Under the pieces are notes generated by a model. The model was given only the letters and a program-made list of their open reading frames with translations, was not told the origin of the DNA and made no database searches. A stretch of 64,000 nt of DNA from Verrucomicrobiota bacterium (GTDB taxonomy: Bacteria; Verrucomicrobiota; Verrucomicrobiia; Limisphaerales; CANJSG01). How positions within the stretch are numbered: the first letter of the stretch is position 1; each line of letters begins with the position of its first letter. Shown here in pieces: positions 52,485 to 62,967 of the stretch. The stretch spans positions 2,472 to 66,471 of the forward strand of contig JBBRDN010000001.1 of the NCBI GenBank assembly GCA_038203875.1, written 5' to 3'. The position numbers and the translations under genes are program-made.

Positions 52485-53489
52485 ATGCCGTTCCTCGTCC
52501 TCCCCAATCAGTTTGAACGACGCGCCGAGCTGTTTCATCAGCTCGGCGCTTTGCTTTCAGCCGGTCTTCCGGCGATCCAGGCGCTCGAACACCTCGCGAA
52601 GAATCCACCGGCAAGGGCCTTTCGACGGCCATTGCTCCGGGTCCTCGAACGGATCGCGCAGGGCGACACGTTCAGCGGTGCTCTTCGAGGCGCGGATACC
52701 TGGCTGACGGTCTTCGACCTCTCCCTGATCGAAGCGGCGGAGCAGAGCGGGAGGATGGATTCCACCTTCAAGATGCTGGCGGGCTACTACCGGGACCGGG
52801 CGACGCTCGCCCGCAAGATCATCTCCGGCTTGTCCTACCCGATCCTGGTGCTTGCGTTCGCCCTGTTGATCTTTCCCCTAAATCTGTTCCAAGGATTGTT
52901 CCTTCACGGCAAGGTTCTGCCTTTTGTCCTCAATAAAGCGTTGTTCTTCGGCCTCATCCTCGGGGTTCCGATCCTGATCATGAGCCTGCTTCAGCAGAAG
53001 ACCGCGGAACGGTTCCGGAGCGTGATCGAGTCCTTCTGCCGGCCGATTCCGATCCTCGGCGGCACGATGCGCGACCTCGCGCTGACCCGTTTCACCGCCG
53101 CCTTGGGCGCTCTCCTGAGTGCCGGAGTTCCCGTGCTAGGCGCGTGGGAAATCGCGTCGCGGGCCAGCGGATCCCCAAGACTCATCCGGACCATCGCCGG
53201 ATTTTCCGAAGGCTTTGAGCTTGGGAAAACGCCTTCTGAGCTCGTGACGGAATCCGGTGAGTTCCCCGACCTGTTCTGCAATCTCTACGCGTCCGCCGAG
53301 ATCAGCGGACAGCATGACCAAACCCTCGAACGCCTCCACGCCTACTACAACGGCGAGAGCATCCGGAAGCTGTCCATGCTCGCCGAATGGACGCCGAGGG
53401 TGGTCTATATCGCCATCGTCATCTACGTCGCGTTCCAGATCATCAACTTCTACACCGGCTACTTCAGCAACATCGGCAGCCTCTCCTAG
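52485..53489 (+). CDS. Type II secretion/type IV pilus platform protein F family (compact, two T2SSF repeats)
   Basis: Repeats LIEAAEQSGRMDSTFKMLAGYY and LYASAEISGQHDQTLERLHAYY, each followed by TM helices. Confidence 0.75.
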   Translation: MPFLVLPNQFERRAELFHQLGALLSAGLPAIQALEHLAKNPPARAFRRPLLRVLERIAQGDTFSGALRGADTWLTVFDLSLIEAAEQSGRMDSTFKMLAGYYRDRATLARKIISGLSYPILVLAFALLIFPLNLFQGLFLHGKVLPFVLNKALFFGLILGVPILIMSLLQQKTAERFRSVIESFCRPIPILGGTMRDLALTRFTAALGALLSAGVPVLGAWEIASRASGSPRLIRTIAGFSEGFELGKTPSELVTESGEFPDLFCNLYASAEISGQHDQTLERLHAYYNGESIRKLSMLAEWTPRVVYIAIVIYVAFQIINFYTGYFSNIGSLS

Positions 53490-53506
53490 TCGCCCATCGA
53501 CCCGCC

Positions 53507-54211
53507 ATGTCCCTGCGCCGTCTCGATCAGATCCTCTCCAGTTGCGGCTACTGCACCCGCAGTGAAGCGCGCGACTGGTTGCGTGGCGGTCGCGTGACGG
53601 TCGACGGCCAGCCCGCTTCAAAGCCGGATGCGAAGGCTGATCCGACCAGGGTCCTCGTCGACGGAAAACCCATCGAAGCGCCGGATGGGTTGCTGGCGAT
53701 CTACCACAAACCAGCCGGCCTGGTTTGTTCCCGGGACGAACGGGAAGGCGATTCCATCTATGGAGCGTTGCCCGCGCTTTGGTCGGAACGAAATCCGCAG
53801 GTGACGTCGATCGGCCGTCTCGACAAGGACACGACGGGGCTGCTGTTCATCACCGACGTCGGCGAGCTCGTCCAACGTTGGACGTCCCCCAAGCACAAGG
53901 TGCCGAAGATCTACGAAGTCACCGTTGACCACGAATTGCCGGTCGGCCTTGCCGAGCTTTTTGCCGCGGGCACGCTGCAATTGGAAGACGAAGACAAGCC
54001 CTGCTTGCCAGCCAAGTTGGAGATCATCGGTCCGCGCGCGGCTCGTCTGGAATTGATCGAAGGAAAGTTCCACCAGGTGAAGCGCATGTTCTCCAGCCAG
54101 GGCTGCAATGTCGTCCGGCTTCATCGCAGCCGCTTCGGTGACTTCGATCTGACCGGCCTCGCGGAAGGCGAGTGGCGGCTGCTGGAGTTGCCGGCCGGAT
54201 TCTCGCGTTGA
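53507..54211 (+). CDS. Pseudouridine synthase, RsuA/RluB family (S4 domain + catalytic domain)
   Basis: N-terminal S4-like RLDQILSSCGYCTRSEARDWL. Catalytic GRLDKDTTGLL. KFHQVKRM. Confidence 0.85.
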   Translation: MSLRRLDQILSSCGYCTRSEARDWLRGGRVTVDGQPASKPDAKADPTRVLVDGKPIEAPDGLLAIYHKPAGLVCSRDEREGDSIYGALPALWSERNPQVTSIGRLDKDTTGLLFITDVGELVQRWTSPKHKVPKIYEVTVDHELPVGLAELFAAGTLQLEDEDKPCLPAKLEIIGPRAARLELIEGKFHQVKRMFSSQGCNVVRLHRSRFGDFDLTGLAEGEWRLLELPAGFSR

Positions 54212-54224
54212 ACGGAGGCCGCCG

Positions 54225-55094
54225 TTACTTGCCCTGCACGCCGCGCAGATAGGCCAGCACCAAGTCCGGCAGGTCGTCGCTGTAGCCGCCTTCCAGCACG
54301 CTGAAGAACTTTACGCCGCAGTCCCGCAGTCGCGCGCCGAGCCATTCGTAGTCTTCCGCCTCCAGCAGTTCCTGCGCGATCGGATCCCGGGCGTAGGCGT
54401 CGAAGCCCGCCGACACGCCGATGAGATCCGGCTTGAAGGCGAGCAACCGCTCAAGCGACTGCTTCAGGGCGCCGCGGTAGATCTCGCGGGGTGTGCGCGG
54501 CGGCAGGGGATAGTTGAAGCAGTTGTTTCCAACGTCCCTCAGCCCAGTGCCAGGATAACACGGCGACTGGTGGACGGACGCGAACGCTGCGTGCGGATGA
54601 CCGAGGAGAATCGCCTCGGTGCCGTTGCCATGGTGGACGTCGAAGTCGAAGACCGCGACCCGGTTGACGCCCATGGCCAGCGCGTCCAACGCCGCCACGG
54701 CGATGCCGTTGAAGTAGCAGAAACCCATCGCCCGGTCCCTCGTCGCGTGATGTCCCGGCGGCCGCAATAGGCTGAAGGCGGCCTTGCCCTGGCGCGCCAG
54801 TTGCATGGCCTTGATGGCGCCGCCGACGGAGCGGCGGGCGTGTTCGGTGATCTTGGGATGGTTGGGAGTGTCGGCGTCGAAGTCGCCCTTGGCCGTGTCC
54901 ACGTCGCGGATCAGAGCCGGCGAATGCGCCCGCAGCAGTTGATCGAGATCGACCTCTGCCGGCTTGTCCCAGGTGATGGCGACGTCGGTTTGAGCGCGAA
55001 GCCGTGCGAGCGTCCCGGCGATGCGCGCGGGTTTCTCGGGATGGCCGGGCGCGGAATACTCCACGCAGCGTTCATCGGTGATGACGATCATCAT
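54225..55094 (-). CDS. Histone deacetylase-family (acetylpolyamine/acetoin-utilisation type) amidohydrolase
   Basis: RPPGHHA, FDFDVHHGNGTE and SAGFDA motifs. Confidence 0.85.
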   Translation of the reverse strand: MMIVITDERCVEYSAPGHPEKPARIAGTLARLRAQTDVAITWDKPAEVDLDQLLRAHSPALIRDVDTAKGDFDADTPNHPKITEHARRSVGGAIKAMQLARQGKAAFSLLRPPGHHATRDRAMGFCYFNGIAVAALDALAMGVNRVAVFDFDVHHGNGTEAILLGHPHAAFASVHQSPCYPGTGLRDVGNNCFNYPLPPRTPREIYRGALKQSLERLLAFKPDLIGVSAGFDAYARDPIAQELLEAEDYEWLGARLRDCGVKFFSVLEGGYSDDLPDLVLAYLRGVQGK

Positions 55095-55164
55095 GTGACG
55101 CTAGCGAGATCGCGACGGCTCAGCCATGAACTTCAGGACCATCGCGCGCGGCCTGCCCCGAATC

Positions 55165-57111
55165 TCATGGCCCCGGCTTCAATCGACTGACGATCTCGTC
55201 CACGTCGAACACGCACCCGCCCCATGTGCCGCCGCTGACGCCCTGGAGCGCGGCCCACAGCCGGGTGTCGTCGGGAAGGTTCTTGTGAGGCGCCAGGTCC
55301 TCGCGGATCGAACGTGCGGCCAAAAGGCGCGCGCCTTCTTCCGGGGAAAAACGTTCGGCGCCCTCGCCGATGAAATCGACGGAACCAACGAGTTGGTTGC
55401 GATCAACAACGATGCGGATGATGTCGCCGTCGCGCAGTTTTCCGATCGGTCCGCCGGCCAATGCTTCGGGTCCCACATGGCCGATGCATGCACCCGTCGA
55501 GACGCCGGAGAAGCGGGCGTCGGTGACCAACGCGACATGTTTGCCGAAGGGCAGGAACTTGAGCGCACTGGTGACCTGGTAGGTTTCTTCCATGCCCGTG
55601 CCCATCGGCCCGACGCCTGCGAGGACCATGACGTCGCCGGCTTTGATGCCCCCGCCTTTGATCGCGGCGATGGCGGCGCGTTCGCTGGGGAACACGCGGG
55701 CCGGGCCTTCCTTGCGATAGACGCCGTCGGCATCGACGACGGAAGGATCGATGGCGGTGCTCTTGATGACGCAGCCTTCGGGCGCAAGGTTGCCGCGAGG
55801 GAAGGTGACGGTGCTGGTGAGTCCACGGGCTTTCGCCTGATCGGGCGACATGATGACGTCGTCGGGATCGACACCGTCGCGCTCGCGAAGGATCTCGCGG
55901 AAGCGCGTCCGGCGTTCGCTCGTTTCCCATCCGTCGAGCACTTCGCCCAGGCTGTGACCGGTCACGGTGAGAACATTTGTGTCCAGCAGGCCTAGGCGGC
56001 GGAGATGCAACATCACTTCCGGCACGCCCCCGGCGAGGAACGCCCGGACGGTCGGATGATAGACGGGGCCGTTCGGCAGGACACTGACGAGGCGCGGCAC
56101 ACGGCGGTTGACGTCGCTCCAATCGTCGACAGTCGGTCGCCGAAGCCCGGCGGCGTGGGCGATGGCCGGGATGTGGAGCAGGAGATTGGTCGATCCGCCA
56201 AAGGCCGCATGGACAACCATCGCGTTGCGGATGCTGGCGTCGGTAAGGATGTCGCGGCTGAGGATGCGGCGGGCTTCGAGTTCGACCAGGGCCTGGGCGG
56301 AACGCACGGCGAGATCGGTCCAGACGGGTTCTCCCGAAGGCGCGAGCGCGCTGTGAGGAAGGGAAAGTCCGAGGGCTTCGCCGACGACCTGCGAAGTGGC
56401 CGCCGTGCCGAGGAACTGGCAACCGCCTCCGGGTGAACCGCACGCTCGGCACCCGAGGTCGGACGCTTCCTGGAGCGAGAGAAGGCCATGCGAATACCGT
56501 GCGCCCAGTGTCTGCACCGCTCCGAGGTCTTCACCGTCGGATGGAGGCAGGGTGACTCCGCCGGGAATAAGCGTGACGGGCAGATCACGCATTCCGGCCA
56601 ACGCCATCATCATCGCTGGAAGACCCTTGTCGCAGGTGGCGATGCCGAGAACGCCCGATCGGCAGGGCAGGGAACGGGCGAGGCGGCGGAAGATCTGCGC
56701 GGCGTCGTTCCGGTAGGGCAGGCTGTCGAACATTCCTGCTGTCCCCTGGGTCCGGCCGTCGCAGGGATCCGAGCAGAAGGCCGCGAAGGGAATGGTCTTC
56801 AACTTCCGGAACTCTTCGGCTGCCGCCTGCACGAGCAGGCCTATCTCCCAGTGGCCCGTGTGGTATCCGAGTGCGATGGGTTTTCCGTCGGGCGCGCGCA
56901 CGCCGCCCTGGGTGCTGAGGATGAGATACTGTTTCCGACCGACTTCCTCGGGATTCCAGCCCATCCCGACGTTTTGCGTCAGGCCGAAGAGGTCGCCGCT
57001 CGGGCGGTTCAGCAACATGTCGGCGTCGAGAGGGAGGCTTCCCTCAGGCCCCGGCGCCCTGGTGCGGATGCGGTAGATCTCGGGATTGTCCGGGAACAGT
57101 TCGAACGGCAT
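55165..57111 (-). CDS. IlvD/Edd-family dehydratase, YjhG/YagF (xylonate dehydratase)-like
   Basis: The N-terminus is colinear, as I recall it, with E. coli YjhG (IYRIRT...[15 protein letters not shown]...GMGW). Also [23 protein letters not shown] and [12 protein letters not shown]. Confidence 0.85.
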   Translation of the reverse strand: MPFELFPDNPEIYRIRTRAPGPEGSLPLDADMLLNRPSGDLFGLTQNVGMGWNPEEVGRKQYLILSTQGGVRAPDGKPIALGYHTGHWEIGLLVQAAAEEFRKLKTIPFAAFCSDPCDGRTQGTAGMFDSLPYRNDAAQIFRRLARSLPCRSGVLGIATCDKGLPAMMMALAGMRDLPVTLIPGGVTLPPSDGEDLGAVQTLGARYSHGLLSLQEASDLGCRACGSPGGGCQFLGTAATSQVVGEALGLSLPHSALAPSGEPVWTDLAVRSAQALVELEARRILSRDILTDASIRNAMVVHAAFGGSTNLLLHIPAIAHAAGLRRPTVDDWSDVNRRVPRLVSVLPNGPVYHPTVRAFLAGGVPEVMLHLRRLGLLDTNVLTVTGHSLGEVLDGWETSERRTRFREILRERDGVDPDDVIMSPDQAKARGLTSTVTFPRGNLAPEGCVIKSTAIDPSVVDADGVYRKEGPARVFPSERAAIAAIKGGGIKAGDVMVLAGVGPMGTGMEETYQVTSALKFLPFGKHVALVTDARFSGVSTGACIGHVGPEALAGGPIGKLRDGDIIRIVVDRNQLVGSVDFIGEGAERFSPEEGARLLAARSIREDLAPHKNLPDDTRLWAALQGVSGGTWGGCVFDVDEIVSRLKPGP

Positions 57112-57165
57112 GCGCGGAGTGAAGCAGCGCCTGCCGACTAAGGAAGACGAAATCTTTTCCGCCCT

Positions 57166-58047
57166 TCACTTCGCCGCAGCGGCTTTCCGGATTTCGCCCA
57201 CAAGATCGTCGGCCGTCCATTTGTTCTCCGGGACGATCGCCTGGACCCGCCCGGCGGCGTCGATGACGACGGTGCGGAGATTGTGGCTGATTGAATTGCT
57301 GGCCTTCCAAAACTTCAGGCCGAAATGGTCCGCCAGCGCGGTGATCTCGATCAAGTCGCCTGTGACGAAGCTCCAGCGTTTAGGATCATGCTTGTAGCGT
57401 GCGGCGTAGGTCTTGAGGACGTCGGGGGAATCATTCTCCGGGTCCATCGTCACAGACCACATCCGCCAGTTTTTCGGAGCTGAAGAATCGGTCGTCAGTG
57501 TGGCTTGGGCTTTCCGAAAGTTCTCGGACATCAGCGGACAAAAGGTCGGGAACGGGCAACTTGTGAAGATGAAGGTCAGGGCGATGGCGTTTCCCTTGAG
57601 CGAATGAAGGCTGACGGCTTTTCCCAGTTCATTGGTCATGGTGAAGTCGGGCATGACGTCCCCAACCTTGAGCTCCTCGACCGCACGCGAAGGGCGGAAC
57701 TGGGGTTTCGGTTCGGGCGCGTCCGGCGATTCGCTGCCGACCTTTTTGATCGATTCGATCCAACCGTCGTCCGGCGTGACAACCAGTTTGAACTGCACGA
57801 TGTCGTTGGAGGCGAGTCCGGACATGAGTTTCCGGTCTTTGACGGCGATCGGCATGGTCATCGCCTTCATGTAGCCGGGGATCTCCTCGTGCCGGATGAC
57901 CAGTTCCGAGTCCTTGGACCGGACTTCCCGGACCACGCCTTTGACCACATAGGACTGCTGGTTGGTTCCGACTTTGCCCGTGGCCGCACAGCCGGTGATT
58001 GAGACGATGGACGCCAAAAGGGAGGCAATGCGCGTGAAGAAGTTCAT
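57166..58047 (-). CDS. SCO-family thiol-disulfide/copper chaperone protein with N-terminal CusF-like metal-binding domain
   Basis: Lipoprotein leader ...SITGC. N-terminal VKGVVREV...LVIRHEEIPGYMKAMTMPIAV. Thioredoxin-fold FIFTSCPFPTFCP. Confidence 0.8.
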   Translation of the reverse strand: MNFFTRIASLLASIVSITGCAATGKVGTNQQSYVVKGVVREVRSKDSELVIRHEEIPGYMKAMTMPIAVKDRKLMSGLASNDIVQFKLVVTPDDGWIESIKKVGSESPDAPEPKPQFRPSRAVEELKVGDVMPDFTMTNELGKAVSLHSLKGNAIALTFIFTSCPFPTFCPLMSENFRKAQATLTTDSSAPKNWRMWSVTMDPENDSPDVLKTYAARYKHDPKRWSFVTGDLIEITALADHFGLKFWKASNSISHNLRTVVIDAAGRVQAIVPENKWTADDLVGEIRKAAAAK

Positions 58048-58103
58048 GCTGGAGGTCAGAATTCGCACTCCATCGACCACGGGTCAAGCTGTCGCCCGGC
58101 CGC

Positions 58104-58131
58104 TTGACACGAAGGGTCTCACTGATAGGCT
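58104..58131 (+). promoter_or_regulatory. Candidate sigma70-type promoter of the rpmH operon
   Basis: TTGACA (58104), 16 nt spacer, then TAGGCT (TAnnnT). 47 nt upstream of the rpmH ATG. Confidence 0.3.
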
Positions 58132-58177
58132 GCGCGGCCCTTGAACTCTGGCCGGTGGCCGGAGCGGGGACTATTTT

Positions 58178-58315
58178 ATGAAGCGCCAGTATCAACCTTC
58201 GAAGATTCGCCGGAAGCGTCAGCATGGTTTCTTGGCCCGTAGCCGCAGCAAGAGCGGTCGAGAGATCCTCCGCCGCCGCCGCAATCTCGGCCGCAAGCGC
58301 CTCACCCCGGTTTGA
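58178..58315 (+). CDS. rpmH: 50S ribosomal protein L34
   Basis: Absent from the ORF track (45 aa): [45 protein letters not shown]. Canonical L34 sequence and position ahead of rnpA. Confidence 0.95.
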   Translation: MKRQYQPSKIRRKRQHGFLARSRSKSGREILRRRRNLGRKRLTPV

Positions 58316-58323
58316 TCGTCTGA

Positions 58324-58704
58324 ATGTCTGCCGCCGGTCCAGCCCGCCAGACGCTGCCGGCGCAACGTCGTCTCCGGGCTCCGGGCCAGTTCGCCCGGGC
58401 TCGTGAAGAGGGCCAGCGGCTCGCCTGCGGGTCTTTGATCCTGAACTGGGTCTCGGCGAGGAATGCCGCGAGCGGGCTTCGCCTAGGGGTCGTTTCGAGC
58501 AAGAAGGTTGGACCGGCCACCGTCCGAAACCGGGCCCGAAGGCTTCTCAGGGAAGTTTTCCGCCGTCACCAGCATGAGATTGGCCGGCCGGTGGATCTGG
58601 TCCTCGTGGCCAGAAATTCCATCGCACGTAAGTCGTATTCCGAGGTCGAGCGCGATTTTCTCAAGGCACTCCGCCAGCAGGGTTTGTTGAAGGCCAATCC
58701 GTGA
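58324..58704 (+). CDS. rnpA: Ribonuclease P protein component
   Basis: [25 protein letters not shown] (RNR motif). Synteny rpmH-rnpA-yidD-yidC. Confidence 0.9.
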   Translation: MSAAGPARQTLPAQRRLRAPGQFARAREEGQRLACGSLILNWVSARNAASGLRLGVVSSKKVGPATVRNRARRLLREVFRRHQHEIGRPVDLVLVARNSIARKSYSEVERDFLKALRQQGLLKANP

Positions 58705-58967
58705 TCCAGCGGTTGATCATCTTTGCGGTTCAGCTTTACCGCTGGACCCTTTCGCCGGCCAAGCGGTTGCTCTTCGGAGCCTCGGCCGGTTGCCGGTTTT
58801 ATCCCTCCTGCTCGCAATATGCCGTCGAGGCCGTCCAGCTTCATGGCGCCGGTGCGGGTTCTGTTCTGGCGGTTCGCCGTCTGTGCCGCTGCCATCCTTG
58901 GGGTGGATGCGGTTTGGATCTCGTTCCGCCGGTCGATCGTCCTCAATCCTCTGAAGCCCTCTCCTGA
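58701..58967 (+). CDS. yidD: Membrane protein insertion efficiency factor YidD
   Basis: YRWTLSP...[14 protein letters not shown]...CHPWGG. 4-nt overlap with rnpA. Confidence 0.9.
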   Translation: MIQRLIIFAVQLYRWTLSPAKRLLFGASAGCRFYPSCSQYAVEAVQLHGAGAGSVLAVRRLCRCHPWGGCGLDLVPPVDRPQSSEALS

Positions 58968-58973
58968 TTTCCC

Positions 58974-60749
58974 ATGGATCGTAAGTCCATCCTCGTCATC
59001 GCCCTGTCGCTCGGCCTGATCGTCCTGTGGCAGGTCGTGCTCGTTCCGAAGTTGTATCCGCCGAAGGTGGTGCCTGCGGGAAGTTCCAACCTGGTCGCGT
59101 CGGCTTCGAACGCCGTTGCCCCCTTGGTTCAGGCCGAAGTTGCAGCCTCGACAAATGTCCCGGTCCGACCGGTGACGTCGGTTGCCGAGCAGTTGATCGT
59201 CATCACCAATGGTGCCTCCGTCCTTACCTTCACGTCGCACGGCGGTGGCGTGAGGGAGATTGGCCTGACGAACTACAAGGCCATCATTTCGCGCGACCGG
59301 AAGACCAACAGCGGGCCGCAGGCGGTCGCCACCTTGAATGCCGGAGCGCAGTTGCCCGCGTTGTCCCTGCTTGGCGGCGCGGCCCTGGAAGGCGACGGAA
59401 TCTATGCGCTTACCCAGGTCGGCGCGGGCGTTAGAGCCGAGAAGGCGCTGCCCGGTGGTCTGGTCATCATCAAAGAATTTCTCCCGACCTCGAACTATCT
59501 CATCAGTGCCAGCACGCGGCTCGAGAACCGGGGAACCCAGCCGCTGCTCATCCCGGAGCACCAGTTCCTCGTGGGCACTTCCACGCCTCTTACTCCGCAT
59601 GACCTGCCGCTCAATCAGGGCGCGATGTGGTATGACGGTGGAACCCCTACGCTTGCGGATGAAGGATGGTTCGCGAATCGCACCCTTGGATGCATCCCCG
59701 GAACGCCGCGAACCGAGTATCGCGCCGGCAACAGCAACGTGGTCTGGGCCGAGGTCCACAACCAGTTCTTCGCCATTGCGGTCATTCCCGCGACGAACCA
59801 GCCGCCAGCCGCCGTCTACGTAAAACACTTTGACCTGCCGCCGCCTTCCAAGGCCGTCGTCGATGCAGACTCACGGGCCAACCTGAAACCCGTCGCCTTC
59901 CAGGCCGGACTGGTCTACCCGGCGCAAAGCCTCGCGGCGGGCGAATCGATCTTCCGCGGATATACCGTCTATGCCGGACCGAAGGAGTATGACCGCGTCG
60001 CCAACATCGGCACCGAGCTGAACAACAACCTCGACGCGTTGATGAACTTCGGCCGGTTCTTCGGCTTCTTCGCCCGCATCCTTTTAATCGCGATGAACGG
60101 CCTGCACGGTCTGGGCCTTTCCTACGGCCTCGCGATCATCGCGATCACGATCATCATCAAGCTCCTTTTCTGGCCCCTGACCAACGCTTCGACGAAGTCG
60201 ATGAAGCGCATGGCGGCGCTCCAGCCGCAGATGAAGGCCATTGCCGAAAAGTATAAGGACGATCCGCAGAAGAAGAACCTGAAGACGATGGAGTTCATGA
60301 AGGAACACAAGGTCAGCCCCGTGGCCGGCTGCATCCCCATCTTCATCCAGATCCCGGTGTTCATCGGCTTCTACACGATGCTGAACAGCGCGATCGAACT
60401 TCGGGGCGCCAGTTTCCTCTGGGCCTTCGACCTGTCGCAGCCCGACTACCTCTTCACCATCCCGGGACTGGGTCTGCCGTTCCACCTGATGCCGTTCTTC
60501 TGGGCCGCGAGCACCTGGTGGCAGACCAGCCTGACGCCGACATCCCCGGGCATGGACCCCGCGCAGCAGAAGATGATGAAGCTGATGCCGTTCATGTTCT
60601 TCTTCTTCCTCTACAGCACGGCCTCCGGTCTTACCGTCTACTGGACCGTGCAGAACCTGCTGAGCGTGCTCCAGACCAAGATCACCAAAGCCGGCGAAGA
60701 CCCGGCCAACAAGGCCAAGAAGGCCGTCATCGTGAAGGCCAAGAAGTAG
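58974..60749 (+). CDS. yidC: Membrane protein insertase YidC
   Basis: N-terminal TM helix, large periplasmic domain, and a conserved C-terminal core (KLLFWPLTNASTKSMKRMAALQPQM...GCIPIFIQIPVFIGFY...YWTVQNLLSVLQ). Confidence 0.95.
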   Translation: MDRKSILVIALSLGLIVLWQVVLVPKLYPPKVVPAGSSNLVASASNAVAPLVQAEVAASTNVPVRPVTSVAEQLIVITNGASVLTFTSHGGGVREIGLTNYKAIISRDRKTNSGPQAVATLNAGAQLPALSLLGGAALEGDGIYALTQVGAGVRAEKALPGGLVIIKEFLPTSNYLISASTRLENRGTQPLLIPEHQFLVGTSTPLTPHDLPLNQGAMWYDGGTPTLADEGWFANRTLGCIPGTPRTEYRAGNSNVVWAEVHNQFFAIAVIPATNQPPAAVYVKHFDLPPPSKAVVDADSRANLKPVAFQAGLVYPAQSLAAGESIFRGYTVYAGPKEYDRVANIGTELNNNLDALMNFGRFFGFFARILLIAMNGLHGLGLSYGLAIIAITIIIKLLFWPLTNASTKSMKRMAALQPQMKAIAEKYKDDPQKKNLKTMEFMKEHKVSPVAGCIPIFIQIPVFIGFYTMLNSAIELRGASFLWAFDLSQPDYLFTIPGLGLPFHLMPFFWAASTWWQTSLTPTSPGMDPAQQKMMKLMPFMFFFFLYSTASGLTVYWTVQNLLSVLQTKITKAGEDPANKAKKAVIVKAKK

Positions 60750-60784
60750 CCCGACGCCGCCGGACCCGAAACACTTTCACCACC

Positions 60785-61240
60785 ATGTCAGCCATCGCCA
60801 AAACCACGCTTGAAGAACTCCTCAAACACCTCGGCTTCGAAGCCACGGTCGAGGAGCTCCCCTCCGAAGACGGTATTCTTCTCAACGTCACCACCGCCGA
60901 CTCCGCCGCCCTGATCGGCCGGGCCGGGCAGACCTTGGCGGATCTCCAGTCGCTCTTGAACCGCCTCGTGCTGCAGAAGGATTCCACCATCCCGCGCGTC
61001 ACCGTCGATGTCGGAGGCTTCCGCCAGCAGAACGCCCTGGCCCTCGTCCAGAAGGCCAAGGAAGGCGCCGAACGCGTCCGCCGTTTCGGCGACGTCGTCG
61101 AACTGGAGCCGATGAATTCCTATGACCGCCGCGTCGTCCACCAGTCGCTCAAGGACGATCCGGACATCGAGAGCCATAGCGTCGAGATCGAAGGATCCGC
61201 CAAGAAGGTCATCATCCTCCGCCCGAAGAGCGCGGCTTGA
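60785..61240 (+). CDS. jag: Jag/KhpB-type RNA-binding protein (KH + R3H domains)
   Basis: IGRAGQTLADLQSLLN (KH-like). C-terminal R3H block MNSYDRRVVHQSL. Follows yidC. Confidence 0.85.
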   Translation: MSAIAKTTLEELLKHLGFEATVEELPSEDGILLNVTTADSAALIGRAGQTLADLQSLLNRLVLQKDSTIPRVTVDVGGFRQQNALALVQKAKEGAERVRRFGDVVELEPMNSYDRRVVHQSLKDDPDIESHSVEIEGSAKKVIILRPKSAA

Positions 61241-61267
61241 TCCGCCGGCCTGTAGGGAAACGATTCT

Positions 61268-61298
61268 AAAAGAGCCGCGCATCACAGCGCGGCTCTTT
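61268..61298. terminator. Bidirectional terminator hairpin between convergent genes
   Basis: AAAGAGCCGCGC-ATCACA-GCGCGGCTCTTT, 12-bp perfect stem with short T-runs on both sides. Confidence 0.55.
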
Positions 61299-61325
61299 CA
61301 ATTTCAGGACAGCCTCCGACCGCTG

Positions 61326-62825
61326 TCAGTCCTCCCGCTTCGTGGCGTGCAGCTTGCGCAGTTCGGTCTTCAGGATCTTGCCGGTGGCGTTGCGGGGAAG
61401 CGCGGGCAGGACGAAAGCACGGCGGGGGACCTTGTAGTCGGCGAGGTGGCTTTTGAGGAACTCGATCAGGGCGCGCTCATCGAGCGTGATGCCGTGGTCG
61501 AGTGAAACATACGCGACAGCCCGTTCTCCGCGGCGGTCGCAGGGTTCGCCGATCACGGCTGCTTCGCGGATGCCCGGGAACTTGTAGAGCACCTCCTCGA
61601 TCTCGCGTGGATACACGTTCATGCCGTTCGGCTTCAGCATGTCCTTCTTCCGGTCGGTGATGTAGAAGTAGCCGTCGGGGTCGGCTTTGCCGATGTCGCC
61701 TGTGAGGAGCCATTCCTCGCGCATGGATGCGGCGGTCGCGGTCGGGTTGTTCCAGTAGCCAGCCATGACGTTGCCGCCCCGGACGCAGATTTCGCCTTCT
61801 TCTCCGTCAGCGAGGAAATTGCCCGACGCGTCCTGCACTGAGACTTCCACGCCATGGATCGGCACGCCGATGGAGCCGGCTTTCCACGGGCCCTGGACCG
61901 GGTTGATGGTGACGACGGGGCTGGCTTCGCTGAGGCCGTAGCCCTCGATCAGGGGGACTTCCGGGAACCGCTCGGTGAACATCCGCAGGATCTCGCCGGG
62001 CAACGGACCTGCGCCGCTGATGCAGAGGCGGAGCGGCAGTTTGATCCCGGCAGGAAGGCCGGCCAAAGCGCGGAAGAGCGAGGCCATCGCGGGCAGGATG
62101 GAGCCGCGGTTGGCAATGATTTCCTGCACCATCGCCTTCTGTTGCGTCAGGCCCCGGACGAGGACGATCGAACCGCCGGTGAGCAGCGGCAACAGGATGC
62201 AGACCGTCAGCATGAAGCTGTGGAACATCGGCAGGAGGAGAACGAAACGGTCGTGGTCGACGATGCGGAGAACCTTCCGGCAGGACTCGACGTTGTGGAG
62301 CAGGTTGCCGTGCGTGAGCATCGCGCCCTTCGGATGGCCGGTCGTTCCGGAGGTGTAGACGATGACCGCGAGATCGCCGGATGTGCGCGTGGCGAGCGGA
62401 GCGGCTTCGGTCCTGGCCTGTCCGAGATCCTCCAGGTGTTCGATGTCCCATGTGCGCAGATCCGGCAGCCTGTCACGGAGGACCGCCAGCGTCTCCTCCA
62501 TCGCCTGTTCCGCCAGCAGCACGTCGACTCCCGCGTCATTGATGATGAAAGTGATTTCGTCCGGCTTGAGGAACGTGTTGAAAGGAACCACCACGGCGCC
62601 GGCCATCAGCACGCCGAACATCGCGGGCACGAACTCGGGACGATTCTTCAGCAGCAGGCCGACGCGCATGCCGGGCTCCACGCCGAATTTCTCCTTGAGC
62701 AGATGGGCCACGGCCCGCGCCTGATGCAGTAGTGCGCCGTAAAGCACGGAGGAATCGCCCCAGTGGATCGCGGGCTTGTCCATCGACGCCGTGGCCGAGT
62801 TGGTGAAGGCGGAAGCGAGGTTCAT
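61326..62825 (-). CDS. Long-chain-fatty-acid--CoA ligase / AMP-dependent synthetase
   Basis: AMP-binding motif YTSGTTGHPKG. GYGLSE, TGDIG and the C-terminal lysine region PRNATGKILK. Confidence 0.9.
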   Translation of the reverse strand: MNLASAFTNSATASMDKPAIHWGDSSVLYGALLHQARAVAHLLKEKFGVEPGMRVGLLLKNRPEFVPAMFGVLMAGAVVVPFNTFLKPDEITFIINDAGVDVLLAEQAMEETLAVLRDRLPDLRTWDIEHLEDLGQARTEAAPLATRTSGDLAVIVYTSGTTGHPKGAMLTHGNLLHNVESCRKVLRIVDHDRFVLLLPMFHSFMLTVCILLPLLTGGSIVLVRGLTQQKAMVQEIIANRGSILPAMASLFRALAGLPAGIKLPLRLCISGAGPLPGEILRMFTERFPEVPLIEGYGLSEASPVVTINPVQGPWKAGSIGVPIHGVEVSVQDASGNFLADGEEGEICVRGGNVMAGYWNNPTATAASMREEWLLTGDIGKADPDGYFYITDRKKDMLKPNGMNVYPREIEEVLYKFPGIREAAVIGEPCDRRGERAVAYVSLDHGITLDERALIEFLKSHLADYKVPRRAFVLPALPRNATGKILKTELRKLHATKRED

Positions 62826-62967
62826 GCTTCCGACGTTAGCGATGAGTTTTGAAAAATGAAGCGCCGGTTGTGTGGTGGCCTTCCGTCATTGGTCGGATGC
62901 CCGTTGGATCGAGGTGGATCGAACCTTTTGCTTCCGGTGTCGCCCCGTGTCGTCTACACCCGCCGCG

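Noticed and set aside
58048-58177. Chromosomal replication origin next to the rpmH-rnpA-yidD-yidC-jag cluster.
   Set aside because: There is no dnaA or dnaN gene in the window. The 130-bp spacer contains no cluster of TTATCCACA-like boxes and no AT-rich unwinding element. Only scattered 7-of-9 matches occur elsewhere (e.g. 19374 and 43606).
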